From Lama glama (lineage: Eukaryota), in assembly GCA_028534125.1 (NCBI GenBank), contig CM052818.1, positions 41,356,001 through 41,420,000 of the forward strand: a stretch of DNA of 64,000 bases, read 5' to 3'. Under the pieces are notes generated by a model that was not told where the DNA came from, did no database searches, and saw only the letters and a list, made by a program, of their open reading frames with translations. The position numbers and the translations under genes are program-made. Below are positions 38,960-51,712 of this stretch, in pieces (the first letter of the stretch is position 1; each line of letters begins with the position of its first letter).

Positions 38960-41000
38960 TTGAGTACTCATTTAGATCAGACCATCACTGAGAAAAACTA
39001 AGAAATTGGGGCAAAAATACCACAAAAAATATTTGAGGCTTTGAAGCACTACCAAAATAAAAAGGAATTACAGGTTAAGATCCTTAAGAAAATCTTGAGA
39101 ACCAGAGGAAACCAGAGTAGTGAGCCCAGCATTTGGTGCAGTTCTTGCCTTCGAGGCATGTGCTGATGTACGCTGGTGGCTGAATATCTGAGCAGAGCTC
39201 TTGACCATCTCCTGGGACTAAAACTGAAGCTTGGCCTGCCAAGAGGAAGATGTTGCTTAAACGCTTTAGACTTCCAGGTGGGATTTTGATAGAGTTGGCA
39301 TGTTAGGAGTTAGGAATTTAGGATGAACCGTAAATAAACCAGTCTCCACAAAAAAATTAGATCTCCACTTTAAACGCATTCTGATTAGATTAAGGTGATC
39401 TATTCCTACCCCAACAGCCCGTGAGAAACAGATGTAAATCCTTCCTAAAGAATGATAATATCATTGAGAGCATCAAATTATTTCCATATTTTTATACACA
39501 ATCTCCAACATATGATAAAAAAATAAACAGGCCATGCAAAAGAATAAGAATTAATCAAAAATCAAGAGAAAATCTGACAATGGAGAGCAGACAATAGATA
39601 TTTGAACTATCAGGAAATATATTTAAAACAACTGTTATTAATATATTCAGAAAATAGATGATAAATGAAGAATTTCAGCAGATAACTGAAAAATATTTTT
39701 AAAAATACGATAATTGAAAAGTTCAATAGAAAACCGTTAACAACATAGTAGATATACTGAAGAAGCACAGAATATAGTTTACTAAAAGCAATAAAGTACT
39801 GAGAGATAAAATTCAGAAAAAAACATAAATGACATATGAGACCCAGTGAAATACTCCAACATTTGTCACTGGAGCGCAAGAATGAAAAGAGAGAATAAGG
39901 CAGAGCAGCATTTGAAGTGATCCAGCTGAGGATTTTCCGAAACTGATCAAAGATATACTACGAAGTGCAGGAAAATAAAACAAAAATCAAGTTAAATACA
40001 GTAAACACTCTTGAAAAATAAAGACAGAAAAATCTAAAAGTGACCAAATGTGAGAGGAAAATATATTGAGGCTCACAACTAACTTCTCAGCAGAAATGAT
40101 GAACACTAGAAGACAAGGTAAGGCTACACTCAACGTGCTGAAAGAAAGTAACTGACAAGCCAGTATTGTAAGGCTTTCAGAAAGGAAGTTAAATAAAGCC
40201 TTTTGACAGAGGCACACAGAGAAATCATCAGCAGTAGGTACATGCTAGAGACAATATTAATAAGTGTTCTTCTGACACAAGAAAAATGATGCCAAGTGGA
40301 ATTCTGAAGATGGAAAATGAATGAAGAACAATGAAAACGGGGCCTATGTGGTAAACCTAAATGAATCTTGGCTATGCCGTCTTACGGAATTTAAAATAAA
40401 GAGTATGAAAGTAACTAGGTAAAAAGAAGTTGATAGAATCTCAAAGTACCAAGCTTTGTATTTTCTAGGAAATAGTAAAAGTGCTCATTTAAATTAGATC
40501 TTAATCATCAAAAATGTAAATTACAATTTCTAGAATTATCACTAAGTGAAAAAGAGTAAGGAATATTTAACTGTAAGAATGCACAGAGGCAGAGATGGAA
40601 TAATAATAATAGTTGATCATCGCAAAAGAAGATGTAAAAGAAAGCAAAGTTCTAACATTCTTTTATAGTTCAGGATGGGGAAGGGAGACGTAAGATATTC
40701 AGTAACTTCAGACTCTTCAAAATATGCATGGCAAAATCACAAGGGAATGACTATAAATTCTAAATTGGAGGGGGTAAGATGAAGGAAATAACAAACAAAA
40801 ACTATCAAAATGTATAAAAGGAGACAAGTGATATGTAGAATCAGTAGGAAACCAGATATAATAGAACAAGATTTTGAAATGTCCAAATATATCAATCACG
40901 ATAATTCAAATGGGTTAAACTGGCAAATTAGAAGAAATTGCTGGATTAGATTTAAAATAGATTTTAAACAATCTAGCTGTATACTGTTTCTAGAGACAGA
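38960..41000 (+). mobile_element. Old L1 5' region: 5'UTR, decayed ORF1 and start of ORF2
   Basis: 40066-40170 reads LRLTTNFSAEMMNTRRQGKATLNVLKESN*QASIV (cf. ORF1p IRLTADFSxETxxARRxWxxIFxxLKExNxQPRI); about 40880-41000 has NGLN...ILFLET (cf. ORF2 endonuclease NVNGLN...CLQET). Confidence 0.85.
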
Positions 41001-41677
41001 CAGTGGATTCTTCAGTGTCTAACCTGGGCTCCCTTTAGTTCACTTGGAGAAACGGACTCAACACAGGGGAGCGTATTGGTGGCTCTAGACTTGGACTGTG
41101 AAAGCTCTGGTGGACCTCTGCCCTCCTGGCAGCATCTCTTTTGAATGTATTAGCATGTAACTCACACTCTGCTTCCTGCTCTGGTTTCAGTTTAGTGTCT
41201 TTTCCTCTGTTTGGTTATTTGCTAGTTTCTTTTTTAGCCTTTAGAGAGCCCTCTTTCTTTCTAGTGAGTCCAGGGGTGCACTAAAAAGTGTGTCTTTTGA
41301 AATACATCCCGAGTCTAGTTTTATTTGACCAGGAGAGCTCATAAAATATCAAACTCCATATATTGAAAACTTTCATTCAGTATCATTGCAAAAACTTTAA
41401 TGTGTACCAAACATTTTGTTGGATGATAACGTTTTAAAGAGACATGTGTAATCGTCCTTCCCTCAAGGAGTCGCCAGTAAGTGGAATATAAGCTTCTTGA
41501 AGGCAGGATCTTTATTTTGTTCAATGACTGGAGCACGACAGGTGCTCAGTGAGGACTATGGATACTGGCTTGAATCCTTTGGGGGAACCCTAGTTAAGGA
41601 ATAATTTCAACTACTTAGTTTCTGAATGGTAATATTGAGGGGGAAAAATTCCTTATTGCCGATTTTAATAACTCTTA

Positions 41678-42312
41678 TGTTACCAAACCAAACTTGGGTC
41701 CGCTCACCTGACACACAGCAAAACCAGTCTAATTCCACCAGGTTATGAGGAAGGCAAGTACAGCATTTATTGCAAGATGTCAAGTAAGGAGGAAGGGCAG
41801 CTCATGCTGAAAAGACTCAAACTCTCAGATGGCTTTCAGGGAAGGATTTTTAAAGACAGTGTGAGGGAGAGTGTCCTGGATGTATAATCAGCTCATGCAC
41901 AATTCTCTGATTGATTGATGGTGTGGTAACAGGATGGTGTTTCAGGAATCTCAATGATCAGTTTTCTGGCTCCAGCCAGTCTGGGGTCTCCGTGGCGGTG
42001 GTCAGCATGCAGTTAAGTTCTTCCACCTTGTGGGGGTCTTAGTATCTGCAGAACAACTCAAGGCTATGGCTCAGGATATGTGTCTACAGCCCTTGAGGAG
42101 GAACTAAAGGTCCTTTACTTTGTTTCATGACTAAATTCTTATTATTCTCTTTTGTTTCTGCATTTTCTTACTTCTGTGATTAAATTTGTTCTTTGGAACT
42201 CAAAGAAGGCCTAGGAGGCTCAAACTTTTCTGTAAACAAGAGGCAGGCAGGAGATACATGTGGGAATGGTGCCTGTCCCTGGGAAGGGTCCACAGGGTCC
42301 TGCTCAGTTGCA
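41678..42312 (-). mobile_element. ERV1 solo LTR, MER41-like (Laurasiatherian type)
   Basis: TG...CA ends, 4-bp TSD ctta/ttta, minus-strand AATAAA at 41766-71 and TTTAAAAA near 41850; 'tgttaccaaaccaaacttgggtccgctcacc' resembles artiodactyl MER41 LTRs. Confidence 0.8.
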
Positions 42313-44879
42313 TTTACACTTGGATAAAACACTAAAGCAAACAAGGAGAAAAATCCCCAAGGAGCCTCCTTTTGCAGGGATGTGCACCCAGGCAACCTTA
42401 TGACCTCATTTAAACAATTTTCACCACAGTGGTCTCACACAGCTCATTCATTTCACCCCATCTCTAATGTCCAGGCTTCATAAAATGCCCCAAGGAGACT
42501 TTAATATTTTCAAATATCCAAACTCAGAGCCTGCTGGTATGCAGTGCAGAAAGGAGTCAGTTACAGGAAGATGAGGTTTTTGTGGCTTTCAAAATGCGCT
42601 TCTAGTTTATCAATTGTTTAATGTCCGTGGGTGAATTCAGAAGTGTGTCCTTTGCCCGTGATTAGCTGGTATGTGGGTCATCTATGGGGCAGGAAAATAG
42701 GGAGGTGTCTCTCAGGCGAGGAAATAAAATCATCTAATTTTTTTTAAGTGATGAATCCAGGAGGCAAGTTGGCCTCTCTCCTAGGTGATAAAAGAGAAAA
42801 CTACTCATCCATGGAATAGAAATAGCTGAAGACTGCTGCTTCTGACATTTCATTTCTGTTTCTGCAGATAAATGTTTGTTACCACAAAATCACTAAGGAG
42901 GAGGTGGGCCTGGCATTTTAAGATTTGGAGAGTAATTTAAACCAGTGGCCGATCCTCAAGTGAGATACACCTTTCTTTGCACACTTCTTTCTGGGCCAGA
43001 ATCTACCTCCACCCTTCGGTGGGTGGAATAAACAAAACTGAAGCAACCAGTAATCCAATATCCTGTATGCATTTTCTTCCTCACAACAGAGTCTGCCTGC
43101 CAGCTCCCAAACATAGAGGTCAAAAGGAAAATAATCTTGGAATTTCTTAGACATCGGGGGAAAAGTCAGGTAGATGAATTTTGTACTAGGTTGTGCACGA
43201 AGTCAAATTCTCATAATCCTCTCTAACCTAGACTATTGCAACAGGCTCCCAAGTAGGGAAGGTTCTCCCTGGCTCCTGGCCACGAGGCTCTCTCTGCCCC
43301 CAAGCTTTCTCTAACCACCCAAATAATCCACCAACACCAGCTTCACAAGCTAAGACCTAACACCAAGCTCATATATACTCTGTCCTTGATCTTGATCACA
43401 AGCTTGGTAACTAGGCTGCTACCCTATTCAAGACCCACCTTGTATCAGGTATGGTGAGTGGCTCCAGTCTTGTTTTCTGGGCCCAAATATTTTTCTTGAT
43501 TAACCTGACGACAATCTACATTATCCTTGGCAACTCGTCCCCAAATCAGGTATTTGATTCCTGGAGTTGAGATGTCAACTCAGAGTCTGGAATCCTGCTG
43601 CCTACAGACAGACCTCTCTGAGTCTCACCATGTGTCCAAATATCACTGCCAGTTGGTTTCTCTCATTTCCCCACGTGACATCTAATTTTGTTTCCCTGAA
43701 TCTTCACCAGCAGCGTCTGGAGACCTGTTGTGTCCAGATGAGGTTAAGCAGTTACTAGCTCACACTGGACTGGACTGGTGTCCCCTCTGCCATCAAAATC
43801 TGGGGGCAATTCTAGATATAAATCCCTAGTTTTTCTCTCCCACCACAATTAATGATCCCTAGATATAAAACTCAGGGTAGATATCCTTCTCCCGATTGCG
43901 TAGGATTTAAATGAGTTTTCCTTCAGTTATGTCTATTTCAGCATTATTTCAATTGCTGTCAAGCCAATAATAGATTACGTTTTCAACTGAAGTTGAATCA
44001 ACTTTGGTCACTACGGCTTTTAAATAAGATTTAGATTTTGAAGAATACATATAAAATCTACTTATTTTTAGGGAAATACTTAATGGATATCATGTTACAC
44101 TTATGAGAGAGGCTATATTCTTGGCCTGAATTTTGCTCTTAGCTTTGTTAGACACTATTTAGATACTTTCAACATAAAGAATTTTGCTTCACAGAAAATT
44201 CCCCCAAAATGTATGTCACAAGGGCAGAAATGACTTTATGCAGTTTGGTTTCTCTAAACAAAATGAGGTATCAATGAAATTTTTGCTCCAATGATTTTAA
44301 GACACTGATGGAGAACATGAGTTTTGATGTAAACAGAAAGGAAACTGATTTTTGCCAGAGAACTCTGCCTATGGTTATTAGGAATAAATTAAACACCTAA
44401 GGAAATGTGTGTCCAGTGCTCAGCCTCCATCTGCTCATCCTCGTTAGGAGCAGTGTCAGAGTTACACTGAGGATTGTCACAGGGGAAGCTTCTTGGCTGC
44501 CTTCACACAACTCACATCTCCTTCACATCTGCTCCCCACCAGGCACTGCAGTGCTGATGGGGATCGGATCGCAGGGATGGCAAGACAAGGCCCTGGAGGT
44601 GATGCTCTGCCCTCAGTGCAGAGAGAGCCTGAACTTCCACTGCTTCTCTCTCCTGCTGCAGCCACCGAGCCCACTCTCCTCCCCAGCCTGGGATGTGTCA
44701 TTATCCCCTAAGGCAAGCACACAGGAGACACTTACTCTAGGGACCTTCCTAGCAATAGCTGAGAAAAGAATAAACAAAATACCAAAAAAACAAAAAGAAG
44801 GAAAATGATAATAAAAGAAAAAGAAGGGAGGAAGGGGAGAAATTAAATTTGCAGGTATCTTTAAAATATTGAGTATCAT

Positions 44880-46000
44880 TTTATATTGATTGATGCAAAA
44901 AAAGCAAATACATTTTTATTATTAATCTCTTATCCAGAAAACTAGCTCAAGATTCTTATTAAGTGTAATATTTTGTCTGTAGAATCTTGAATTTTCTGTG
45001 GAGAACATAATAATTGGCAAATAACAGCAAGTTTGTCTTTTTCTTTAAAATTCTTATTCGTATTTCTGTCTCCCACACAATCAATGATTATGATTTCTCA
45101 TACCTTGTTGAACAATTACATTGAATGTGGGCACATATTTTTCATAATTTCAATGGAAATGTTTCTAAAGTTTTTGCACTAAGTATAATTTTTCTGTGCA
45201 TTTCTGTTGCAGATTCTTTATCTGGTAATAGAAATAGCCTTCTATTTTTGTACAAGTGAGACCATTTTTAAAATATAAATTATGAAATTTTTTTCCATAT
45301 ATATTGAGGTAAGCATGTGTTCTTTTTTCTTTAAGAAAAAGATATTCTGCCACTGGATTATCTTTGTATTTCTGTGATACATTTGATTTTTCTGTCAACA
45401 TATGTACATTTTATATTTACATACTTACTAATGATTGGTCAATAATTTCTTTTTTCCTATTGCCTTGTCAGATGTTGATAGTGAATTTATATAAAACACT
45501 TCTCTAATCTAAAGAGAGGAAAAAGTGTATAAATTAGAGATTATTCTTTGCGGACTCAATAGCATTGCCTTGTAATTAACATGGGCCTTAATGTTTTTGA
45601 GTGAGAGACATTTTACTATTGTTTCAATTTGTTAAGTGCTTACTGGTCAGTCTGTACTGTCTACTTCTTCTGAAGTCACCACCGATAACTGAAAATGTTC
45701 AAGAAAGTTCTTCATTTTCTCACTTATTCTTTTATCATTATTAGTCTCAAACTTATAACTTCATACACTTCTTTTAAAGTTTTAATATTGTTTATTATTA
45801 CCTCTTTTTTCTAAGTCAATTTTGACTCACCTTTGTCTCATTTATCATCTTTTTTAAAGCCCAGCAGTGTTGGCTTTGTAAATCACTTTTATATTTTCTC
45901 ATTGACTTCCTGATTTTATCTTTATGAATTCCTGTCTTCTGTTTTCTATTTATCTTGCTCCTCATTTCTGTATTCTTTTGGAATGATCTTTTTCATATAA
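44880..46000 (-). mobile_element. Old L1 ORF2 fragments
   Basis: T-rich antisense L1 blocks ('tttgtctgtagaatcttgaattttctgtggagaacataataattggcaaataacagcaagtttg', 'ttttactattgtttcaatttgttaagtg'). Confidence 0.65.
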
Positions 46001-46104
46001 TAGTCTGCAACTGTTGACTTGGAAATTATGCATTCATTGGTATATTTCTATTACTACTATTAAAATTTCAGCATATATAAAATGATCATTCTATTATTAA
46101 AATT

Positions 46105-46372
46105 TTAACATATATAAAACATCCAAATAGGCAAATCATAGAGATAAAAAGTAGATTAATGGTTCCCTGGGGTGTTGGTGGGTGAGCATCAGGATTGAGA
46201 AGTGATTACTAATGAGAGTGAGTTTCTTTTGGGGGTGATTGAAATATTCTAAAATGAAATAGTGGTGATGGATGTGTAACTCTGTGAATAGACTAAAAAA
46301 TTGAACTGTATACTTTAAATGAGTGACTTTGTAGTATGTGAATTATATCTCAGTAATTAGCTATTTAAAAAA
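46105..46372 (+). mobile_element. L1 3' end (L1MB/MC-like)
   Basis: 'ccaaataggcaaatcatagagataaaaagtagattaatggttccctgggg...gtggtgatggatgtgtaactctgtgaatagactaaaaaattgaactgtatacttt'. Confidence 0.85.
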
Positions 46373-47824
46373 GGGAAAGAGAGTTTCTGTAGGATGTTGG
46401 TGACCTTTATGTGTCACAGGCTGTGGCTGTCTTGAAGCTCATCAGGAAGGCACAGTGCCTCTGCCTGAGAAGCTACCTAAAGCCCTTCTTGTTTTGCGAG
46501 TGGCCTCTAGGATCGAATGCCTTTGCTTTTCTGGAAGGTCTATTTGAGAGCAGGAGCTTCGGATTGCTGACAGATACTGCTATACGTGTCAGCTATCAGA
46601 TCTGACAATCTGATTTCCTTATGGGACAGATAAATGACAGTTTCACTAAGGGAACTCTTGTGAGTTGTCAGTATGAATTAATGTGTAGACAGACCCCAGT
46701 CTGCTCAGCCAAGACTGGTAATGGGCACTCATCATACAGCGGTGGGTTCTGGACCAAAATGCTTGAATATTTTATATGAGAATTGTCTTTATGCACACAG
46801 ACAACATGAGTGAGGTAGAACACATGGATGTATTTCTGCAGGAATGGGATGACTCATTGGGGGAGCTGGTTTTACTGCAAATGTGCAAGTATTGAGACTA
46901 GGAATAAAGTCTAAAATCCATTTGCAGAAAAATAAAATCATTTACAAATCAGTGAATAACATTTTTTTTTTTGTTCAGACATAACTTTCTCAGGTGCAGG
47001 GATAGACTTTATTATTGGATTTTAAATATTTAATTTACGGACAGACTTTAGTCCAAAAAAGGCATTGTTATTTACATTTTTTAGAATCAGTGGGGCTGTT
47101 TTTAGAAAGCATCATATTATTGAGTTCATGAAAGAAATGGATAGTTTTTACATTTGTGATTCAAGTTTATGTTGAACACAGAAGGAAGGACTGGAGACAG
47201 TAGTCCCGTACCTTCTCCATCCACCCATCTGGGCCATTGCTGGGGACAGGCCGCTCCTTTGTGCCTCTAGAGACAGGAGCGGCCTGATAGTGCATCCGGA
47301 GTGTGAGGCATCCCCCTGTTGGTACTGTAGAGCACCAGCTCGCCCCACCAGGGAGCTGAGCTTCCTCTTGGAGGTTACTTGTCTCTGTCTACCCATCAGC
47401 ACATGAAAACACCATCAGTTAATCACTTCTGGTTGTGAATGGGTCTACACTCCATCTTCAGATGGCAGAGAAGCCATTTTTTACTTCAGTGCTTTTGAAC
47501 TCAGTTATTTCCAGCCAACCCACTGTACTGGGAAATGTCCACATGTAGAAAGTAGGAAATATTAGTTCATGGACTCGGGGTAGCATGAGATCCAAGAGTA
47601 AAGGGATGAAGGAGGGTAGGCAGGACAAGGAAGGAAGGAAGGAGAAAAGGGAAAGAGCATCCAAGTGCCAGACTGCTCTCATCCTTTACTTGGAATACGC
47701 AGTGCCAGACATTGGTGGAAATGCTGCATGAACTCAAGGTTAATTCACTTCTAGACCAGCGTCCCAAAATAACTCAACATGATAATTAACTTTAAAGATG
47801 TCAAGAGACTAGGGAAGTATCAAG

Positions 47825-48035
47825 AGCTTTGGTAAGAAAGAGTCCTGGGTTTGAATCTAGGCTGTGCATCTTACAAGGTCATTGTCTTTAGGCACATCCT
47901 TTATTAACTTCCCAGTCTTGAATTCTTTATTTGTAACATGGAAGTAATAGTTACCTCATGGGATTAGGATCAAAATGATAACTTGAACAGAGCAGCTAGA
48001 AAAGTATCAGGCACATAGGTGCTCAATAAAGGAAC
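47825..48035 (+). mobile_element. MIR SINE
   Basis: 'cctgggtttgaatctaggctgtgcatcttac...tacctcatgggatt...ggcacataggtgctcaataaa'. Confidence 0.8.
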
Positions 48036-49324
48036 TGTTATAAATGTGGAGAAAGCTAGATGTTCACCTATGTGGAGTAAGGATATTTTTCTTGTCCAGC
48101 TTACAATTAAAGTATGAATAAAGGCGAAGAAAAGAAACTAAAAATAACAACAGAGACTATCAGGATGGACTGACAATCTAATGTCAAAAAGGAGAAATTT
48201 CTACTAACTCATGAGTTTAGAACACCATAGGGAAAAAAAACCTACCTGGGCTTTGTTTTATGAAACAGAGATTACCTAAAGAAAAACACGTTTACTTTGT
48301 CCACTATCAATCCCCAGATTCAAAGACTATTGAGTATTTGAACCAATCCATAAGCTGAGCATCTGCCCATCTGGCCCTCGGCGCTGACTAGTGAGGGATC
48401 ACCCTCTGCTGTCCTTCCTGCATCTGTAAACAGTCACACTCTGAACACAGGTGCAGGGGAGCTCCCTACAGCACATGCCATTCTAGCTCCGTGAGGAAAG
48501 TGCTTTTTGTAGCTGTGCATACTGAGAATTATATTCCCCATCCTACCCCACATTATGCAGTACCTCAGAGCGCAGGGCAGCAAGTATGGGAATAGGGAAG
48601 GCAATCAAGTTCACAGAATACCCCAGTACAATAAGCAAATGCTGATGGGAAGCTGAGCGTTGGAGGTTGAGGGGTCACACCCACCCCTGGTACACATGAG
48701 GGAAAGACTCCAGTCCACCTCCAGCACGCAGGTGGGCTGTGGGCAGGTGGGCAGAGGAGAGCCGAAGGCAGTCCATTCCCTCTCTGTTGACAAACACTGA
48801 GGATGACAGTTCGCTGAATGATGGGCTAAGAGCAAATAAAGCGGGGAAAGAAGGAAGTAGATGAGAAAAATGCTGCAATACAGGGGAAAGAAAGACATCT
48901 GGAAAATTCTGAAAAAAAGCATGTGTCTGAATGGGACTAAGTTCACAATGCAAGAGAAAATTCAGAAAACTGTCATTTTCAATAGAGAATAAAAAGTAGG
49001 CTGTATGAAATAGTAGCATGAAGAAAACAACAGGCTATGAGACGATACAGAGGCAGCAAAGCTCTGGTTTGGTTTGGTTTGGTTTTTATTGCCAGTGCTC
49101 AGCACAACCGCGGGCACATAGTAGTCATATAATAAATGTGAATGACATTCAGTAAATGTTAGCTGCGTTTATCTCTGGGTGGTAAAATTACCAGGGGTAT
49201 TCATTTTCTTCTTATTGTTTTATTGCATTGTCTAAAATCTCTGCAATAAACATGACACGCTTTTGAAATAAGGAGAAATTGCATGTGAATTATGTGACTT
49301 TCTCACTCCTGTTATCCACTGTTA

Positions 49325-49824
49325 NNNNNNNNNNNNNNNNNNNNNNNNNNNNNNNNNNNNNNNNNNNNNNNNNNNNNNNNNNNNNNNNNNNNNNNNNNNN
49401 NNNNNNNNNNNNNNNNNNNNNNNNNNNNNNNNNNNNNNNNNNNNNNNNNNNNNNNNNNNNNNNNNNNNNNNNNNNNNNNNNNNNNNNNNNNNNNNNNNNN
49501 NNNNNNNNNNNNNNNNNNNNNNNNNNNNNNNNNNNNNNNNNNNNNNNNNNNNNNNNNNNNNNNNNNNNNNNNNNNNNNNNNNNNNNNNNNNNNNNNNNNN
49601 NNNNNNNNNNNNNNNNNNNNNNNNNNNNNNNNNNNNNNNNNNNNNNNNNNNNNNNNNNNNNNNNNNNNNNNNNNNNNNNNNNNNNNNNNNNNNNNNNNNN
49701 NNNNNNNNNNNNNNNNNNNNNNNNNNNNNNNNNNNNNNNNNNNNNNNNNNNNNNNNNNNNNNNNNNNNNNNNNNNNNNNNNNNNNNNNNNNNNNNNNNNN
49801 NNNNNNNNNNNNNNNNNNNNNNNN
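49325..49824. other. Assembly gap (500 N)
   Basis: Direct read; the round length suggests a placeholder size. Confidence 1.
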
Positions 49825-49985
49825 GGAGGAGGAAGGGAGAACAAAGATTATGCCACTCCTGTGCCTACCTAGATAGACCGCTGAAAGACCTGAAGGTTCT
49901 CGTTGGGAATCAGGGTGAATATTAGGGTTCAGTCTGAGTCTTTGAATTTGATGCTCTGCTAGATGTGTCAGTCTGTGAGTCATAC

Positions 49986-50197
49986 TGCTATGGATGGAAT
50001 TGTGTCCCTCCAGAGTTCTTATATTGACATCCTAACCCTCAGTACCTCAGAATGTGACCTTATTTGGAAATAAGGTCATTGCAGATGTAATTAGTTAAGT
50101 TAAAATACGGCCATGCTGGAGTAGGGTGGACCCCTAATCTGATATGACAGGTGCCCTTATGAAAAGCAAAACTTTAGATGCACAGACAATACACATG

Positions 50198-50236
<39 letters not shown>

Positions 50237-50497
50237 AGTGGAGAGATCCCATGTGAAGGTGAAGTCACAGATTGAGGTGATGGCTCTATAAACCAAGGAA
50301 TGTGAAAGATTGCCAGGAAACCGTCAGAAACTAGGAGAGAGGCAAGAATCAGTCTCCCTCACAGCCCTCAGATGAAAGCAAGCTGCCCAAACCCTGACTC
50401 CAGCCTTCTGTCCTCCAGAAGTGTGAGACAGCATGTTTCTGTAGTTGAAGCCACTCAGTTTGAGGACCTTTGTTGCAGCAGCCTTAGCAAACTGATA
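49986..50497 (+). mobile_element. MaLR solo LTR (MLT1B/C-like) containing (AC)15
   Basis: 'tgctatggatggaattgtgtccctcc...agtacctcagaatgtgaccttatttggaaataaggtcattgcagatgtaattag...gcagccttagcaaactgata'; (AC)n at 50201-50230. Confidence 0.9.
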
Positions 50498-51099
50498 GGC
50501 ACACGCCTCTGCTTACAGCATTTTATTATTAAGGAAAATTGTTGCAGTATTTGATCAGAGTTATAAACACCTTTCAAAGTGACAGAATTGATGAGCAGCA
50601 CAAATATCAGGAAGCCCACTGTTACCATATTTACATGTAGAGAATATTCACTGGTGACTAATATGCATAAAAATTAGTTAACCTTATCAATGTGCAAATA
50701 ATTTGAGGAGAAAATGTTTTCCAAGCAGCAAAGACTATTTGATACAATATACTCAGTGCTGCTGAGTACTCAACGAGATGTGTGCTTATATCCTATTTGA
50801 TGAATAGAAGGTGGTAAGTTTTTTCTTGAAATCAAGTTGGTAAGACATATGAAGTACCATAAAATGCAATTTTCAGATTCTGGTAGTCTGCATTAAAAGA
50901 GTAGACTATGAAATTCAGATGTGGAATTCTGGATAAAGGATTTTTATTCCAGTGTTATTTCTGTCCATACAACACAGGATGAAAGTAATGGCCCAAATAA
51001 CATGGCAGTGGTTAAACCAATTATAACAGAGTTTAATTTTAATTATTTTTAATAATACTTTAAAATATTCATTTGAGTGATAAATAAAGAATGTGTATG

Positions 51100-51712
51100 T
51101 AGTGGGGATTCTCAAAGTCTAGGGCAGAGAATGCTGGGGATCCCCTAGACTCTTTTAGGGCATCTGTGAAGTTAAGACTATTTTCATAATAATGATAAGA
51201 TAGCATTTGCCATTGCACTCTCCTCTCATGAATGTACAGTGGAGTTTTCCAGAGGATATAGGACACATTACAGTTATCCAAAAAAGGCTAGTAAAATATC
51301 CATCCCTTTTCCAATTTCATATCTGAATGAGACTGCGGGTTTTTTTTTCCATATGCTCCACCTAAAACAATATATCACAACAGGTTGAATGCCGAAGCAG
51401 GTGTGAGAATCCAGCTGTTTTCAATAAGTCAGACATTAAAAAAATTTGTAAAATGATGCCATTCTTTCCACAAAATTTTTGATTTGAAAAATATAATTAT
51501 TTTTACTAAATATGTCATTTGTGTTAACTAACATGTCATGAATTTATTACTGGAACTTTAAACAAATAAATAAACACATAAATTTAATATTTTACAAGTT
51601 TAGCATCCAATGGTAAATACCAGTAACAAAATGCATAAACAAAATACTTTGCAATCTTTGGTAATTTTTAAGATGTAAAGTGGTTCTGAGGTCAAAGAGC
51701 TTGGGAACCTCT
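51100..51712 (+). mobile_element. hAT-Charlie non-autonomous DNA transposon, inserted in old L1ME fragments (about 50600-51900)
   Basis: Terminal inverted repeats ggggattctcaaa / gagcttgggaacctct; internal 'ttgaatgccgaagcaggtgtgagaatccagctgttttcaataagtcagacattaaa' resembles the Charlie 3' end. Confidence 0.75.

Noticed and set aside
43240..43800. Possible ancient LTR-like sequence (also about 5400-5760 and 44400-44760)
   Set aside because: I could not identify termini, TSDs or a family by eye
49279..49983. Three long ORFs in the supplied track
   Set aside because: Artefacts of reading through the 500-N gap
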